Source: Candidatus Krumholzibacteriia bacterium
Lineage (GTDB): Bacteria > Krumholzibacteriota > Krumholzibacteriia > WVZY01
Direction of reading: 5' to 3'
DNA length: 15,672 nucleotides
Assembly: GCA_036478295.1 (NCBI GenBank)
Contig: JAZGDW010000181.1
Coordinates: 1-15,672, forward strand
The position numbers and the translations under genes were made by a program. How positions within the stretch are numbered: the stretch's first letter is position 1; every line of letters begins with the position of its first letter. This document shows, in pieces, positions 1 to 7,966 of this stretch. The notes beneath the pieces are model-generated. The model saw only the letters and a program-made list of their open reading frames with translations. It was not told the origin of the DNA and searched no databases.

Positions 1-481
1 ACACGGAGATGAGTCCCAGCGCGGCCAGGGTAACCACGATGCCGGCAATGCATATGCCGAGAAAGATCGCGGGTAGAGCGACACGTTTCTTGACCCCGAA
101 GAGAAAAGCGCCGAGCGATCCCGTCCATGCTCCGGTCACCGGTAGGGGGACCGCAACGAAAAGCACCAGGCCAATGACCTCGAAGCGTTTGATCAGGCGG
201 CCCTTGCGCCGCGTACGCGCAAAAAGCCAGTCGAAGAAGCGGTCGAACGTCTCGAAGCGCCGCAGGTATTCGGACACGGGACCGATGAGGTAGAGGATAG
301 GAATGACGGGAATGAAGTTCGCGATGACAGCGATGACGTAGGCTTCCTGCCATGGTATCTTGCCCACCGCGATGGCGTACGGAATGGCCCCGCGCAGCTC
401 GGAAATGGGAAGCATGGCCAGGACCACGGTTGTCACTTCATGCGGTGAGCTGGACAACAGATCGATGAGTTTCTCTTTCAT
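1..481 (-). CDS. Putative small multi-drug export / COG2426-type membrane protein (runs off the window at its 3' end)
   Basis: Not in the ORF track. Hand translation from ATG 481 gives MKEKLIDLLSSSPHEVTTVVLAMLPISELRGAIPYAIA...GLVLFVAVPLPVTGAWTGSLGAFLFG..., open to the window edge. The PxxELRGAIP and PLPxTGAWTG motifs are typical of Sm_multidrug_ex (PF06695). Starts 3 nt after the pcm stop. Confidence 0.88.
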   Translation of the reverse strand, partial: MKEKLIDLLSSSPHEVTTVVLAMLPISELRGAIPYAIAVGKIPWQEAYVIAVIANFIPVIPILYLIGPVSEYLRRFETFDRFFDWLFARTRRKGRLIKRFEVIGLVLFVAVPLPVTGAWTGSLGAFLFGVKKRVALPAIFLGICIAGIVVTLAALGLISV

Positions 482-484
482 CGG

Positions 485-1168
485 TCAGGAATAGTTGGGT
501 GTCAGCGGAGGATTTTGGTCGCGTCCGGTCGTGTCGCGAACCAGGGGAACGAACGAGCAGTCTTTGAGTTTTTCGAGATGAAACGAGCTGCCCCGGCGTG
601 AGAGCTTGACAATGTGTTGTTCTCCCCCGCTCCCCATGACCGGTCCCAGCAAAAAACCGCCGTCACGCAGCTGGGCGAGTAGCCGCTCGGGCACCTCGCT
701 GGCCGCCGCCGTCAGCAGGATGCGATCGAAGGGTGCGTGCTGCGGCCACCCCAACGCCCCGTCCCCGATCTTGATGTGCACGGACATGATACGCAGCTTG
801 TGCATGATACTCTTTGCCTTTTGCGACAGGTCCGCGATGCGTTCGATAGAAAAGACGCCTCGCGTGAGCCTTGCCAGCACCGCCGCCTGGTACCCGGAAC
901 CGGTCCCGATCTCGAGCACCCGCTCGCTTCCCGCCAACTCCAGGTGCTCGGCGAGGTAGGCGACCATGTACGGCTGCGACATCGTCTGCGAGTGGCCGAT
1001 CGGAAACGCGTGATTGCTGTACGCTTCGGAGCCGGCGTCATGATCCAGAAAGAGGTGTCGTGGAACAGCCAGCATCGCGTCGAGTACCTTCGGGTCGCTG
1101 ATACCGCCCCCGACAAGCTGCTCGCGGACCATGCGTTCCCGCGCGACCCGGTAGTCCTTGAAACTCAT
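485..1168 (-). CDS. pcm: Protein-L-isoaspartate O-methyltransferase
   Basis: Motifs VPRHLF, IGHSQTMSQPYMVA, SAM-binding VLEIGTGSGYQAAVLA, GDGALGWPQHAPFDRI and FVPLV. ATG 1168 overlaps the surE TGA (ATGA), so it is preferred over the GTG at 1183. Confidence 0.96.
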   Translation of the reverse strand: MSFKDYRVARERMVREQLVGGGISDPKVLDAMLAVPRHLFLDHDAGSEAYSNHAFPIGHSQTMSQPYMVAYLAEHLELAGSERVLEIGTGSGYQAAVLARLTRGVFSIERIADLSQKAKSIMHKLRIMSVHIKIGDGALGWPQHAPFDRILLTAAASEVPERLLAQLRDGGFLLGPVMGSGGEQHIVKLSRRGSSFHLEKLKDCSFVPLVRDTTGRDQNPPLTPNYS

Positions 1169-1920
1169 AGGTCGAAACGCCACCTCTCCATTTCCAGAAT
1201 CGACTTGTAGTGGGTAAGGTCCAGGTGCAGCGGGGTGATCGACACATAGCCCTTACGCACGGCGGCGATGTCGGTACCCTCTTCGTCCTTCCACACAGGT
1301 TCGTCTTCCCCGCCGATGATGTACCCCGGGTTGCCCTCTTCGTCCCGTTCCTCCTGCAGCAGGTTGTCGTACGCCCGTGACCCGAGTTTGGTGACCTGCA
1401 CGCCCTTGATTGGGGAGATCTCGGGGTTTGGAATGTTGACATTCAAAAAGCATCGTCCGGGAATCCCCAGGTTGATAGCCGTCTCCACGATGGTGCGCGC
1501 GATGGGCCCGATCACCTGGACGCTCTCCACCGTACGCTGCAGCGACGACAGGGCGATCGATCGTATCCCCAGTATCGTCCCCTCGATAGCAGCGGCCACC
1601 GTCCCGCTGTACGTGACATCCTCCCCCATGTTGGGGCCGTGGTTGATACCCGAGATCACCAGATCCGGCCGCTTCTCCAACAACGCATCGACCGCGACCA
1701 GCACGCAGTCCGTCGGCGTTCCGTCCACCGTGTACCGCTTGTCCCCGATACGCCGAGTGCCGATTCGCTTGCGCAGGGTCAGCGAGTGGCTGCTGGCGCT
1801 CTGCTGGTTCAACGGTGCCACGACGTAGATGTCACCGAGCCCCTCCAGGGCGTCGATGAGCACCTGCAGGCCGGGGGCGTCGTAGCCATCGTCGTTCGTA
1901 AGCAAGAGTGTAAGCGGCAT
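1165..1920 (-). CDS. surE: 5'/3'-nucleotidase SurE
   Basis: LLTNDDG, VVAP..QSASSHSLT, DGTPTDCV, SGINHGPNMGEDVTYSGTVAAAIEG, LNVNIP, GYVSITPL. Classic surE-pcm adjacency. Start is ATG 1920 (alternative ATG 1935). Confidence 0.96.
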   Translation of the reverse strand: MPLTLLLTNDDGYDAPGLQVLIDALEGLGDIYVVAPLNQQSASSHSLTLRKRIGTRRIGDKRYTVDGTPTDCVLVAVDALLEKRPDLVISGINHGPNMGEDVTYSGTVAAAIEGTILGIRSIALSSLQRTVESVQVIGPIARTIVETAINLGIPGRCFLNVNIPNPEISPIKGVQVTKLGSRAYDNLLQEERDEEGNPGYIIGGEDEPVWKDEEGTDIAAVRKGYVSITPLHLDLTHYKSILEMERWRFDL

Positions 1921-1962
1921 GGTATATTCGAGCATGCGGAGCCCAATAAAGTCCCGGCGAGA

Positions 1963-2670
1963 CTACCAGAAGAAACTCTTTATCACCAAGCGCAAAAATC
2001 GCAGGGTATCGACCAGCGGATTCACCCCGCTCTCTTCCGAGCCATAAATCGTCTGGACCGGAATGGACTCTATGCTCGCACCGGCCCTGCCCGCCTTGAT
2101 CAAGATCTCGGATTCGGTATCATAACGCGTCGTCTCGAGGCGAAACCTCTGCACGAGAGACGTACGAAGCATGCGGTATCCGTTTTGCGAATCGGGGATG
2201 TAGGTACCCGCGCGCAGTGAAACAAAAGCGGACGTTACCCGATTCGCGAACACGCGCATAAAAGGCATGTCCCGCCGGTCCGCCATGCGGTTGCCGACGA
2301 TGACGTCAGCACCGGTTCGCATCTGGCATTCAATAAAACGCGGTATCTCGTCGGTGTTGTGCTGGCCGTCCGCGTCGAGGGTGATCGCGAACTCCATTCC
2401 CAGGTCATGCGCCATGGCGATACCGGAGGCGAGCGCCGCGCCCTTGCCCCGATTCTCCGGATGCATGACCAGGTGTACGCCGTGCGCCCGCGCGACGTCC
2501 GCGGTTCCGTCGGTCGAACCGTCGTCGACGACGATAACGGGGAGCGTTGCATCGACGGCCGCGATGCGCTCTAGCACTGCCGCCAGATGCCTGGCGGCGT
2601 TGAACGCCGGCACCACTGTGGCAGTCGGGGGCGGTTCTGCCTTACGCTTGCGGACGTCAGATGCGCTCAA
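1963..2670 (-). CDS. Glycosyltransferase family 2 (polyprenol-phosphate glycosyltransferase / DPM-synthase-like)
   Basis: VPAFNA, VVDDGSTDGT, NRGKGAAL, DxD motif TLDADGQH, DSQNGYR. The ORF-track extension to 2883 overlaps the acyltransferase. The in-frame TTG at 2670 overlapping the acyltransferase stop is the likely start (uncertain). Confidence 0.88.
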   Translation of the reverse strand: MSASDVRKRKAEPPPTATVVPAFNAARHLAAVLERIAAVDATLPVIVVDDGSTDGTADVARAHGVHLVMHPENRGKGAALASGIAMAHDLGMEFAITLDADGQHNTDEIPRFIECQMRTGADVIVGNRMADRRDMPFMRVFANRVTSAFVSLRAGTYIPDSQNGYRMLRTSLVQRFRLETTRYDTESEILIKAGRAGASIESIPVQTIYGSEESGVNPLVDTLRFLRLVIKSFFW

Positions 2671-3508
2671 AGTTGAACCACTGGTCGGGGTGCCTTGAAA
2701 TGAAGTCTTCCATGTCACGCAGGCATCGCTCCTGCAGCCGAGCCATTGCGGCTTCGTAGCCCAACTTTCTTTCCGGGTAATGCGGTCCGTTGTACTCGAA
2801 GCGGAATCTACCGCCGCCGTCGAAGACACACACCGTTGTGACCACCGGCACCCGGCAACGCACGGAGAGAGCGGCGTGGCCAATCGGCAGCTCTATCCGA
2901 CGGTCGAAAAGAGTGAAACACCGTTTCCTTCCGCCGTAGGGTCTGTCCGCAAGCAGTGCGATACTGCCGCCGTTGCGAAGCAGCCGCTGCAGTGACCCCG
3001 TCGAGCCGTCGCCCGCGTCCACGCATCCAACGCCGAGCAGCGCCCGGCGTTCCTTGAAGAAGCGCGTGACAAAGCGTGATCGATGTGGCGAGGCGACCGT
3101 GGTCAACTCAATCCCCAGAGCGGCCAGGCATGCGCCCCCGACCTCCCACGCGCCGACGTGCGGCCCGGCGAGAATGAAGCCGCCCCGGCGGCGCAGCTCG
3201 CCGGTCACCTTGTCGAGCCCGTTGTAGTCGCACCGCGCCCTGAGTTCTTCCGTGCCGATAAAGGGCAGCCGCAGAAAGTAAAAGATGCTGCGGGCGAAGT
3301 TGGAAAAGACCCGGCGGGCGACCCGCCGCCGCTCGTCGTCGCTCGCCGACGGCAGCACGAAGCCGAGGTTGTGTAGGACGTTTCGCCGTGAACCGAGTCG
3401 GAACACGTACTGCGTTTTTAGAATTGCTTCGGTGATCGCTTCTGAAAGTTCGGGAGACAGCCGACGGGCGAAGAAGGCGCCCAGTTTATAACAAGCGACA
3501 GTTATCAT
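2657..3508 (-). CDS. Lipid A lauroyl/PatA-like acyltransferase (LpxL/HtrB family, LPLAT superfamily)
   Basis: Catalytic H(x)4E motif (GPHVGAWE), LLADR, LPIGHAALS and C-terminal HPDQWFNF, matching the Lip_A_acyltrans (PF03279) pattern. Substrate cannot be determined from sequence alone. Confidence 0.82.
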   Translation of the reverse strand: MITVACYKLGAFFARRLSPELSEAITEAILKTQYVFRLGSRRNVLHNLGFVLPSASDDERRRVARRVFSNFARSIFYFLRLPFIGTEELRARCDYNGLDKVTGELRRRGGFILAGPHVGAWEVGGACLAALGIELTTVASPHRSRFVTRFFKERRALLGVGCVDAGDGSTGSLQRLLRNGGSIALLADRPYGGRKRCFTLFDRRIELPIGHAALSVRCRVPVVTTVCVFDGGGRFRFEYNGPHYPERKLGYEAAMARLQERCLRDMEDFISRHPDQWFNFERI

Positions 3509-3622
3509 TCAAGCGCCAGGCTGCCCTGACGGTGGCGCAGCGATTGGCGAGAGGTGGCCGTCGCCTTGTGTGGTTCAGTCTCGATCACCGGGACACTGCC
3601 AGAGGTCGGGTGCGGGTGAGAA

Positions 3623-3700
3623 TGGTCGGGGCGACTGGATTTGAACCAGCGACCACTTGTCCCCCAGACAAGTGCGCTAACCGGGCTGCGCTACGCCCCG
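3623..3700 (-). tRNA. tRNA-Pro(GGG), CCA encoded
   Basis: Minus strand CGGGGCGTAGCGCAGCCCGGTTAGCGCACTTGTCTGGGGGACAAGTGGTCGCTGGTTCAAATCCAGTCGCCCCGACCA. Acceptor stem CGGGGCG/CGCCCCG, anticodon stem CTTGT/ACAAG with loop CT-GGG-GG, T-loop TTCAAAT. Confidence 0.98.
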
Positions 3701-3713
3701 ACCCTCGTATGTT

Positions 3714-3742
3714 ACTATAACATTGGATGTTGAGAGGATCAA
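3714..3742 (-). promoter_or_regulatory. Sigma70-type promoter for tRNA-Pro
   Basis: TTGATC (3742-3737), 17-nt spacer, TATAGT (3719-3714) with an extended -10 TG, 13 nt upstream of the tRNA in a locally AT-rich patch. Confidence 0.7.
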
Positions 3743-4140
3743 GGACAATCGCCGCCCCCCTCTTTCCTGATGCCGGTTTCGACCATGTTGCGCAGTTCTT
3801 CCAGGTCATCTTTGATCGATGACAGGACGGCCCGCGCGTGCGGATCCGCAAAACGAATCTGAAGCTGGTCGATAAGCGGATCCGGGTTGCCGTAATGTTC
3901 CTGCAGTTTCTTTCTGGCGCCGCTGATGGTGAATTTTTCGCGATAGAGCAGGCCCTTGATGACCAGCACCGCCTTGATTTCCTTTGGGCGGTAGTTGCGA
4001 TTCCCCGCCCGGTTTTTTTTTGGCCGTAGGCTGGGGAACTCCGTCTCCCAATAGCGCAGGACGTGCGCTTTGATACCGGTCATTTTGGCGACTTCACTGA
4101 TGGAGTAGTACATCTTGGCCGAACCGGTCCTATATCTCAT
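3739..4140 (-). CDS. MerR-family HTH transcriptional regulator (type usually found beside ihfA and tRNA-Pro)
   Basis: YYSISEVAKMTGIKAHVLRYWETEFPSLRPKKNRAGNRNY...IKGLLYREKFTISGARKKL. ATG 4140 is preceded by purine-rich AAAGGGGTAGGT and overlaps the gpsA end by 11 nt. Confidence 0.92.
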   Translation of the reverse strand: MRYRTGSAKMYYSISEVAKMTGIKAHVLRYWETEFPSLRPKKNRAGNRNYRPKEIKAVLVIKGLLYREKFTISGARKKLQEHYGNPDPLIDQLQIRFADPHARAVLSSIKDDLEELRNMVETGIRKEGGGDCP

Positions 4141-5188
4141 ACCTACCCCTTTCTGAATCACCTGACACTATCCAACTCATTTCCTCCTGCGGCGGCCGGT
4201 TCATCAAGTCGTTGATGGCCTGCCGGGGATCCATACTCGAAAATAGTACTTCGTGAACACTGGTGATGATGGGAAGATCAATCCCCATTTTTTTGCCCAG
4301 CTCGACAGCGGCCCGCGTGGTTCGAACTCCCTCGGCGACCATGACCATGTCACCAAGAACCTTGTCCAGCGGCTCGCCGCGTCCGATCTTCTCACCAACA
4401 TGCCGGTTGCGGCTGTGCCGGCTCAAACAGGTCGCGATCATGTCGCCAATGCCCGCGAGTCCGAAGAAGGTCTCGCGCCGCGCGCCCAACGCCGTGCCCA
4501 ACCGCGTTATCTCGACCAGCCCCCGTGTGAGCAACGCCGCCTTGGTGTTGTCCCCGTATCCGAGTCCGTCGCATACACCGGCGGCGATGGCAATGATGTT
4601 CTTGAGCGCCACCCCGATCTCGACACCCGGTAAGTCGCTGTTCGTATAGACGCGGAAATACGAACCAAAGAAAACCTCCTGCACGGACTGTATGATTTCC
4701 CTGTCGACGCCGGCGACCACGACCGACGTTGGCATCCTCTTGCTCACTTCCTCGGCGTGACTGGGACCGCTTATCGTGCACACACGCTCCCGCTCGACCG
4801 GCAGTTCGTCGAGCAGCACTTCACTCATGCGCTTCAGGGTTTTTTCCTCTAGGCCCTTGGCAGCGTTGACGATGATGACGTTCGACTCGATCACGCCGCT
4901 CCGCGCGGCATCCGCCGCCACCGCGCGAACCACGTGACTGGGCACCACGAACAGAACCAGTCCGGCGCCCTCGAGCGCCGCGGCAAGGTCCGTCTCGATG
5001 CCGATGGCCTTCGGCACCGGGACACCGGGCAAAAACTTCTTGTTCTCCCGGTCCGTCTTCAAAGCGGCGGCCTGATCACCGTCGAATTCCCACAGGCGGA
5101 CCTCATGTCCGTTTTCGTGCAGGAGAATCGCCAGCGTCGTGCCCCAGCTTCCTGCTCCTAGAACTGCGACGCTCATTCGTTCCGCCAT
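4130..5188 (-). CDS. gpsA: NAD(P)H-dependent glycerol-3-phosphate dehydrogenase
   Basis: VLGAGSWGTTLA, AKGLE, SGPSHAEEV, ALKNIIAIAAG, GDNTKAALLTRG, GLAGIGDMIATC, SRNR, VAEGV. Sits in the der-plsY-gpsA synteny. Confidence 0.97.
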   Translation of the reverse strand: MAERMSVAVLGAGSWGTTLAILLHENGHEVRLWEFDGDQAAALKTDRENKKFLPGVPVPKAIGIETDLAAALEGAGLVLFVVPSHVVRAVAADAARSGVIESNVIIVNAAKGLEEKTLKRMSEVLLDELPVERERVCTISGPSHAEEVSKRMPTSVVVAGVDREIIQSVQEVFFGSYFRVYTNSDLPGVEIGVALKNIIAIAAGVCDGLGYGDNTKAALLTRGLVEITRLGTALGARRETFFGLAGIGDMIATCLSRHSRNRHVGEKIGRGEPLDKVLGDMVMVAEGVRTTRAAVELGKKMGIDLPIITSVHEVLFSSMDPRQAINDLMNRPPQEEMSWIVSGDSERGRYEI

Positions 5189-5192
5189 CGGC

Positions 5193-5822
5193 TCACTCCT
5201 TGTGTCGGCCCAGCGCCGGCTCCTGCCCCGCCATCAAGCGCTGGATATTGCTGCGGTGTTTGACAATCACGGCCACGGCGATCGCAACCGACAGAGCGAG
5301 CAGCGACCAGTGATACGACGCGTACCCCAGGAGGTCGAGGACGAACACGACAACCGGCAGCGCACCCGCGGCGCTGATGCTGGCCACCGAAACGATGCGC
5401 GTGGGCAGCAGCACCAACGCCCACACAGCGAAGGCCCACAGCAACGCCAGCGGCGCGAGCGCCAGGAAAGCGCCTGCCGTCGTCGCGATGCCCTTGCCGC
5501 CCCGGAAACCCACGAAGACGGAGAACATGTGCCCGATTACGGCGAAGAAACCGGCGGCCAGCATTAACCAGTGCCCGGGCAGTTCGCTCGTCGCCGCGAG
5601 GTCGGGAGCGAAATACGCCGGCACGAATCCCTTGGCCACGTCGCCCGCAAGCACCAGCATCGCAATCCACGGGCCCAGGTAACGAAACGTGTTCGACGCA
5701 CCAAGATTGCCGCTCCCTTGCTCTCTCAAATCGATGCCGGCGCACACCTTTCCCGCGATGTAACTGAACGGGATGGCGCCGGCAAAATACCCGACGAGTA
5801 TTACGATAACCAGACCGACCAC
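5193..5822 (-). CDS. plsY: Acyl-phosphate:glycerol-3-phosphate acyltransferase
   Basis: GYFAGAIPF, DLREQGSGNLGASN, DVAKG, GHMFSVFVGFRGGKGIAT, KHRSNIQRL. Hydrophobic. GTG start overlaps the der TAG (TAGTG). Confidence 0.96.
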   Translation of the reverse strand: MVGLVIVILVGYFAGAIPFSYIAGKVCAGIDLREQGSGNLGASNTFRYLGPWIAMLVLAGDVAKGFVPAYFAPDLAATSELPGHWLMLAAGFFAVIGHMFSVFVGFRGGKGIATTAGAFLALAPLALLWAFAVWALVLLPTRIVSVASISAAGALPVVVFVLDLLGYASYHWSLLALSVAIAVAVIVKHRSNIQRLMAGQEPALGRHKE

Positions 5823-7147
5823 TAGCGTGCCCCTTTACGTTCTTTCTCGGATAGCTTGATGCGGATGACCGTACCTTCGAATGCGTACCGGTCGCGCAGC
5901 CGGTTGTTGAGAAACCTCAGGTACGACCTGTCGAAGTAGGCCCGCTTGTTGACAAAACAGGCAAACGTCGGTGGCGATACGCTCACCTGCGTGATGTAGT
6001 AAATCTTGCCGTTGCCGCCTCCGTGCGACGGCGGCGGGTTCTTGGCGAGGACTCCCTCTATGAAACGGTTGGCGTCACTCGTCGATACACGCACCTCACG
6101 CGACTCCTTGATGCGCCACGCCATTTCCAGGATACGGCTGACACGCTGGCCGCTGAGCGCGGAAGTAAAGAGAACGGGCGCATAAGGGGCGAACCTGAAT
6201 GCACCGCGAATCCTCTTCTCGAACTGCGATACCGTGGTGTTGTCCTTGTCCTCAATCAGGTCCCACTTGTTGACGCAAAACATGAGACCCTTCCCCGCTT
6301 TGTGTGCATAGCTCGCTACTTTGACGTCCTGGTTCGCCATCTCCCGCGGTGCGTCAAGGACCATCACCACGACGTCCGCCCGCGAGATGGCATCGATACT
6401 CTTGATCGCCGTTAGTGATGTCAGTCCGTCCCTGCTCTTCGATTTCTTGCGCAGCCCGGCCGTATCGACCAGGGTGACGGCTCTTCCGTGCCACTGCATC
6501 GTGATGTCGATGCTGTCACGCGTGGTGCCGGGCCGTGAATCGACGATGGTTGTATCCTCGCCGATCATGGCGTTGGCGAGGCTCGATTTGCCGACATTGG
6601 GCCGGCCGACGAGCGCCAGCTTCAAGTGTTCCTCCGCGGCGCTCGGCTCACGTTGCGGCAACTGGGCAACGACGTCGTCGAGCAGGTCACCGATCCCCTG
6701 TCCGTGCAGCGCGCTGACCGCGTAAATACGCTCAAAGCCGAGTTCGAAGAACTCGGCTTCTGCATGCTGGCCCTTTTCAGATTTGTTCACGGCGAGAAAA
6801 ACGGCCCCGTCGACCTGCCGCAGGCGGTTCGCCACATCGATATCCGTTCCGGTAACTCCCGCTTCTGCGTCGGTAACAAAAATCATGACGTCGGCCCCAA
6901 GCGCCTCTTTCCACGCTCTTTGTTCCACTTCCTGGATGAGCTCGTCATCGATTCCCGAAAACAGCCCACCGGTATCGATCAAATCGAATGCAACACCCGC
7001 CCACTCGGTTTCGATCCGCTGTACGTCCCGCGTCACCCCCGGCATCGGATGGACCAGCGCCCGCCGCTGCCGCGTAATGCGATTGAACAGGGTCGACTTG
7101 CCTACATTGGGTCTCCCCACGATTGCCACCCGTGACGGCCTTTTCAT
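5822..7147 (-). CDS. der: Ribosome biogenesis GTPase Der (EngA)
   Basis: Two tandem G domains (GRPNVGKS...DTGG...NKSE; GRPNVGKS...DTAG...NKWD), SALHGQG, and a KH-like C-terminus (PPTF...YLRFLNNRLRDRYAFEG). ATG 7147 (MKRPSRVAIVG) is preferred over the ORF-track start at 7234. Confidence 0.97.
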   Translation of the reverse strand: MKRPSRVAIVGRPNVGKSTLFNRITRQRRALVHPMPGVTRDVQRIETEWAGVAFDLIDTGGLFSGIDDELIQEVEQRAWKEALGADVMIFVTDAEAGVTGTDIDVANRLRQVDGAVFLAVNKSEKGQHAEAEFFELGFERIYAVSALHGQGIGDLLDDVVAQLPQREPSAAEEHLKLALVGRPNVGKSSLANAMIGEDTTIVDSRPGTTRDSIDITMQWHGRAVTLVDTAGLRKKSKSRDGLTSLTAIKSIDAISRADVVVMVLDAPREMANQDVKVASYAHKAGKGLMFCVNKWDLIEDKDNTTVSQFEKRIRGAFRFAPYAPVLFTSALSGQRVSRILEMAWRIKESREVRVSTSDANRFIEGVLAKNPPPSHGGGNGKIYYITQVSVSPPTFACFVNKRAYFDRSYLRFLNNRLRDRYAFEGTVIRIKLSEKERKGAR

Positions 7148-7166
7148 TCCTGCCCCCAGGCTCCAC

Positions 7167-7952
7167 TCAGTTCCGCGAGGGGTCGGAAGCCGTGGCGATG
7201 GCCTGCAGGATACGGACCGCCTCGTTCCCCGCAATGAACTCGCCGCCGGCCACCGAGTCGCCGGGCGGCCCCGCGGCTATCGCACTTCGAACTCCTTGTG
7301 GATAGAAATTGTCTTCTAATTGCCCACCCCCTACTCCGAGTCGGGCGAGCAATCGTTGAACCACAAAATAAAACGCGCTGCGTGTCACTTTCCGGTCCGG
7401 ATAAAAACTCCCGTCCGGCAGAACGTCCATGATGCCCGCCGCTACGGCCGATAGCACGTACGGGAGGCGTTCTTGCTTGGCGACCGTGTCGGGCGCGGGC
7501 GCCGCGATGCCGCTGAGGTCCTCACCTAAAACGGACTGGATCAACGCCGCGAGTTGGGCTCGGGTGACATAGGCCTGCGCACGAATGCTCAGGGGTGAGT
7601 CACCGATGTGTTGTCTGGCGATCGTGAGATACCGGTCAAAGCGGTCGCCGCCGCCGAGAACTTTTCCACTCATGAACGCCTCGACCGCCTGTGCGTACTC
7701 ACCGACCGCCAGGTAGGTGCGACCGAGGTAGAGATAGGCAGTACGTCTGTCTTCTTCGGATTTGAGTGCCGTGACCAACCGGCTCAAGTGACGTTCCGCC
7801 TCCACATAGTCCCCTTCGATATAGAGCGTGACGGCTCGATCGATCGCCGTTTCGCCGGCCGGCTTTTTGTGCGGTGCGGCGCAGCCGGCTGCGAGGACAG
7901 TCGCGGCGGCGACAGCGACCCATATGGTTTTTCTAAGGCAGCCGGTCAGCAA
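7167..7952 (-). CDS. Putative lipoprotein with TPR-like repeats and S-layer homology (SLH)-like motifs
   Basis: The ORF-track start (8027) lies inside the tRNA. The first in-frame start after it is TTG 7952, giving MLTGCLRKTIWVAVAAATVLAAGC (basic + hydrophobic + lipobox-like Cys). TPR-like AYLYLGRTYLAVGEYAQAVEAF; SLH-like VTRAQLAALI and AGIMDVLPDGSFYPDRKVTRSAF. Confidence 0.72.
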   Translation of the reverse strand: MLTGCLRKTIWVAVAAATVLAAGCAAPHKKPAGETAIDRAVTLYIEGDYVEAERHLSRLVTALKSEEDRRTAYLYLGRTYLAVGEYAQAVEAFMSGKVLGGGDRFDRYLTIARQHIGDSPLSIRAQAYVTRAQLAALIQSVLGEDLSGIAAPAPDTVAKQERLPYVLSAVAAGIMDVLPDGSFYPDRKVTRSAFYFVVQRLLARLGVGGGQLEDNFYPQGVRSAIAAGPPGDSVAGGEFIAGNEAVRILQAIATASDPSRN

Positions 7953-7966
7953 GATGATCTCATTTT

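Noticed and set aside
2671..2883. N-terminal extension of the GT2 ORF, or a frameshifted acyltransferase-GT2 fusion
   Set aside because: The extension overlaps the acyltransferase C-terminus, which ends normally after DQWFNF. No slippery site is evident, and an in-frame TTG at 2670 explains the overlap.
1936..3700. Integrative element at tRNA-Pro or tRNA-Gly
   Set aside because: No integrase, no duplicated tRNA 3' end (att) seen downstream of either tRNA, and no obvious compositional shift.
6777..6788. Der GD1 G4 motif NKSE instead of NKxD
   Set aside because: NKxE variants in the first G domain are, to my knowledge, common among Der proteins; the other motifs are intact.
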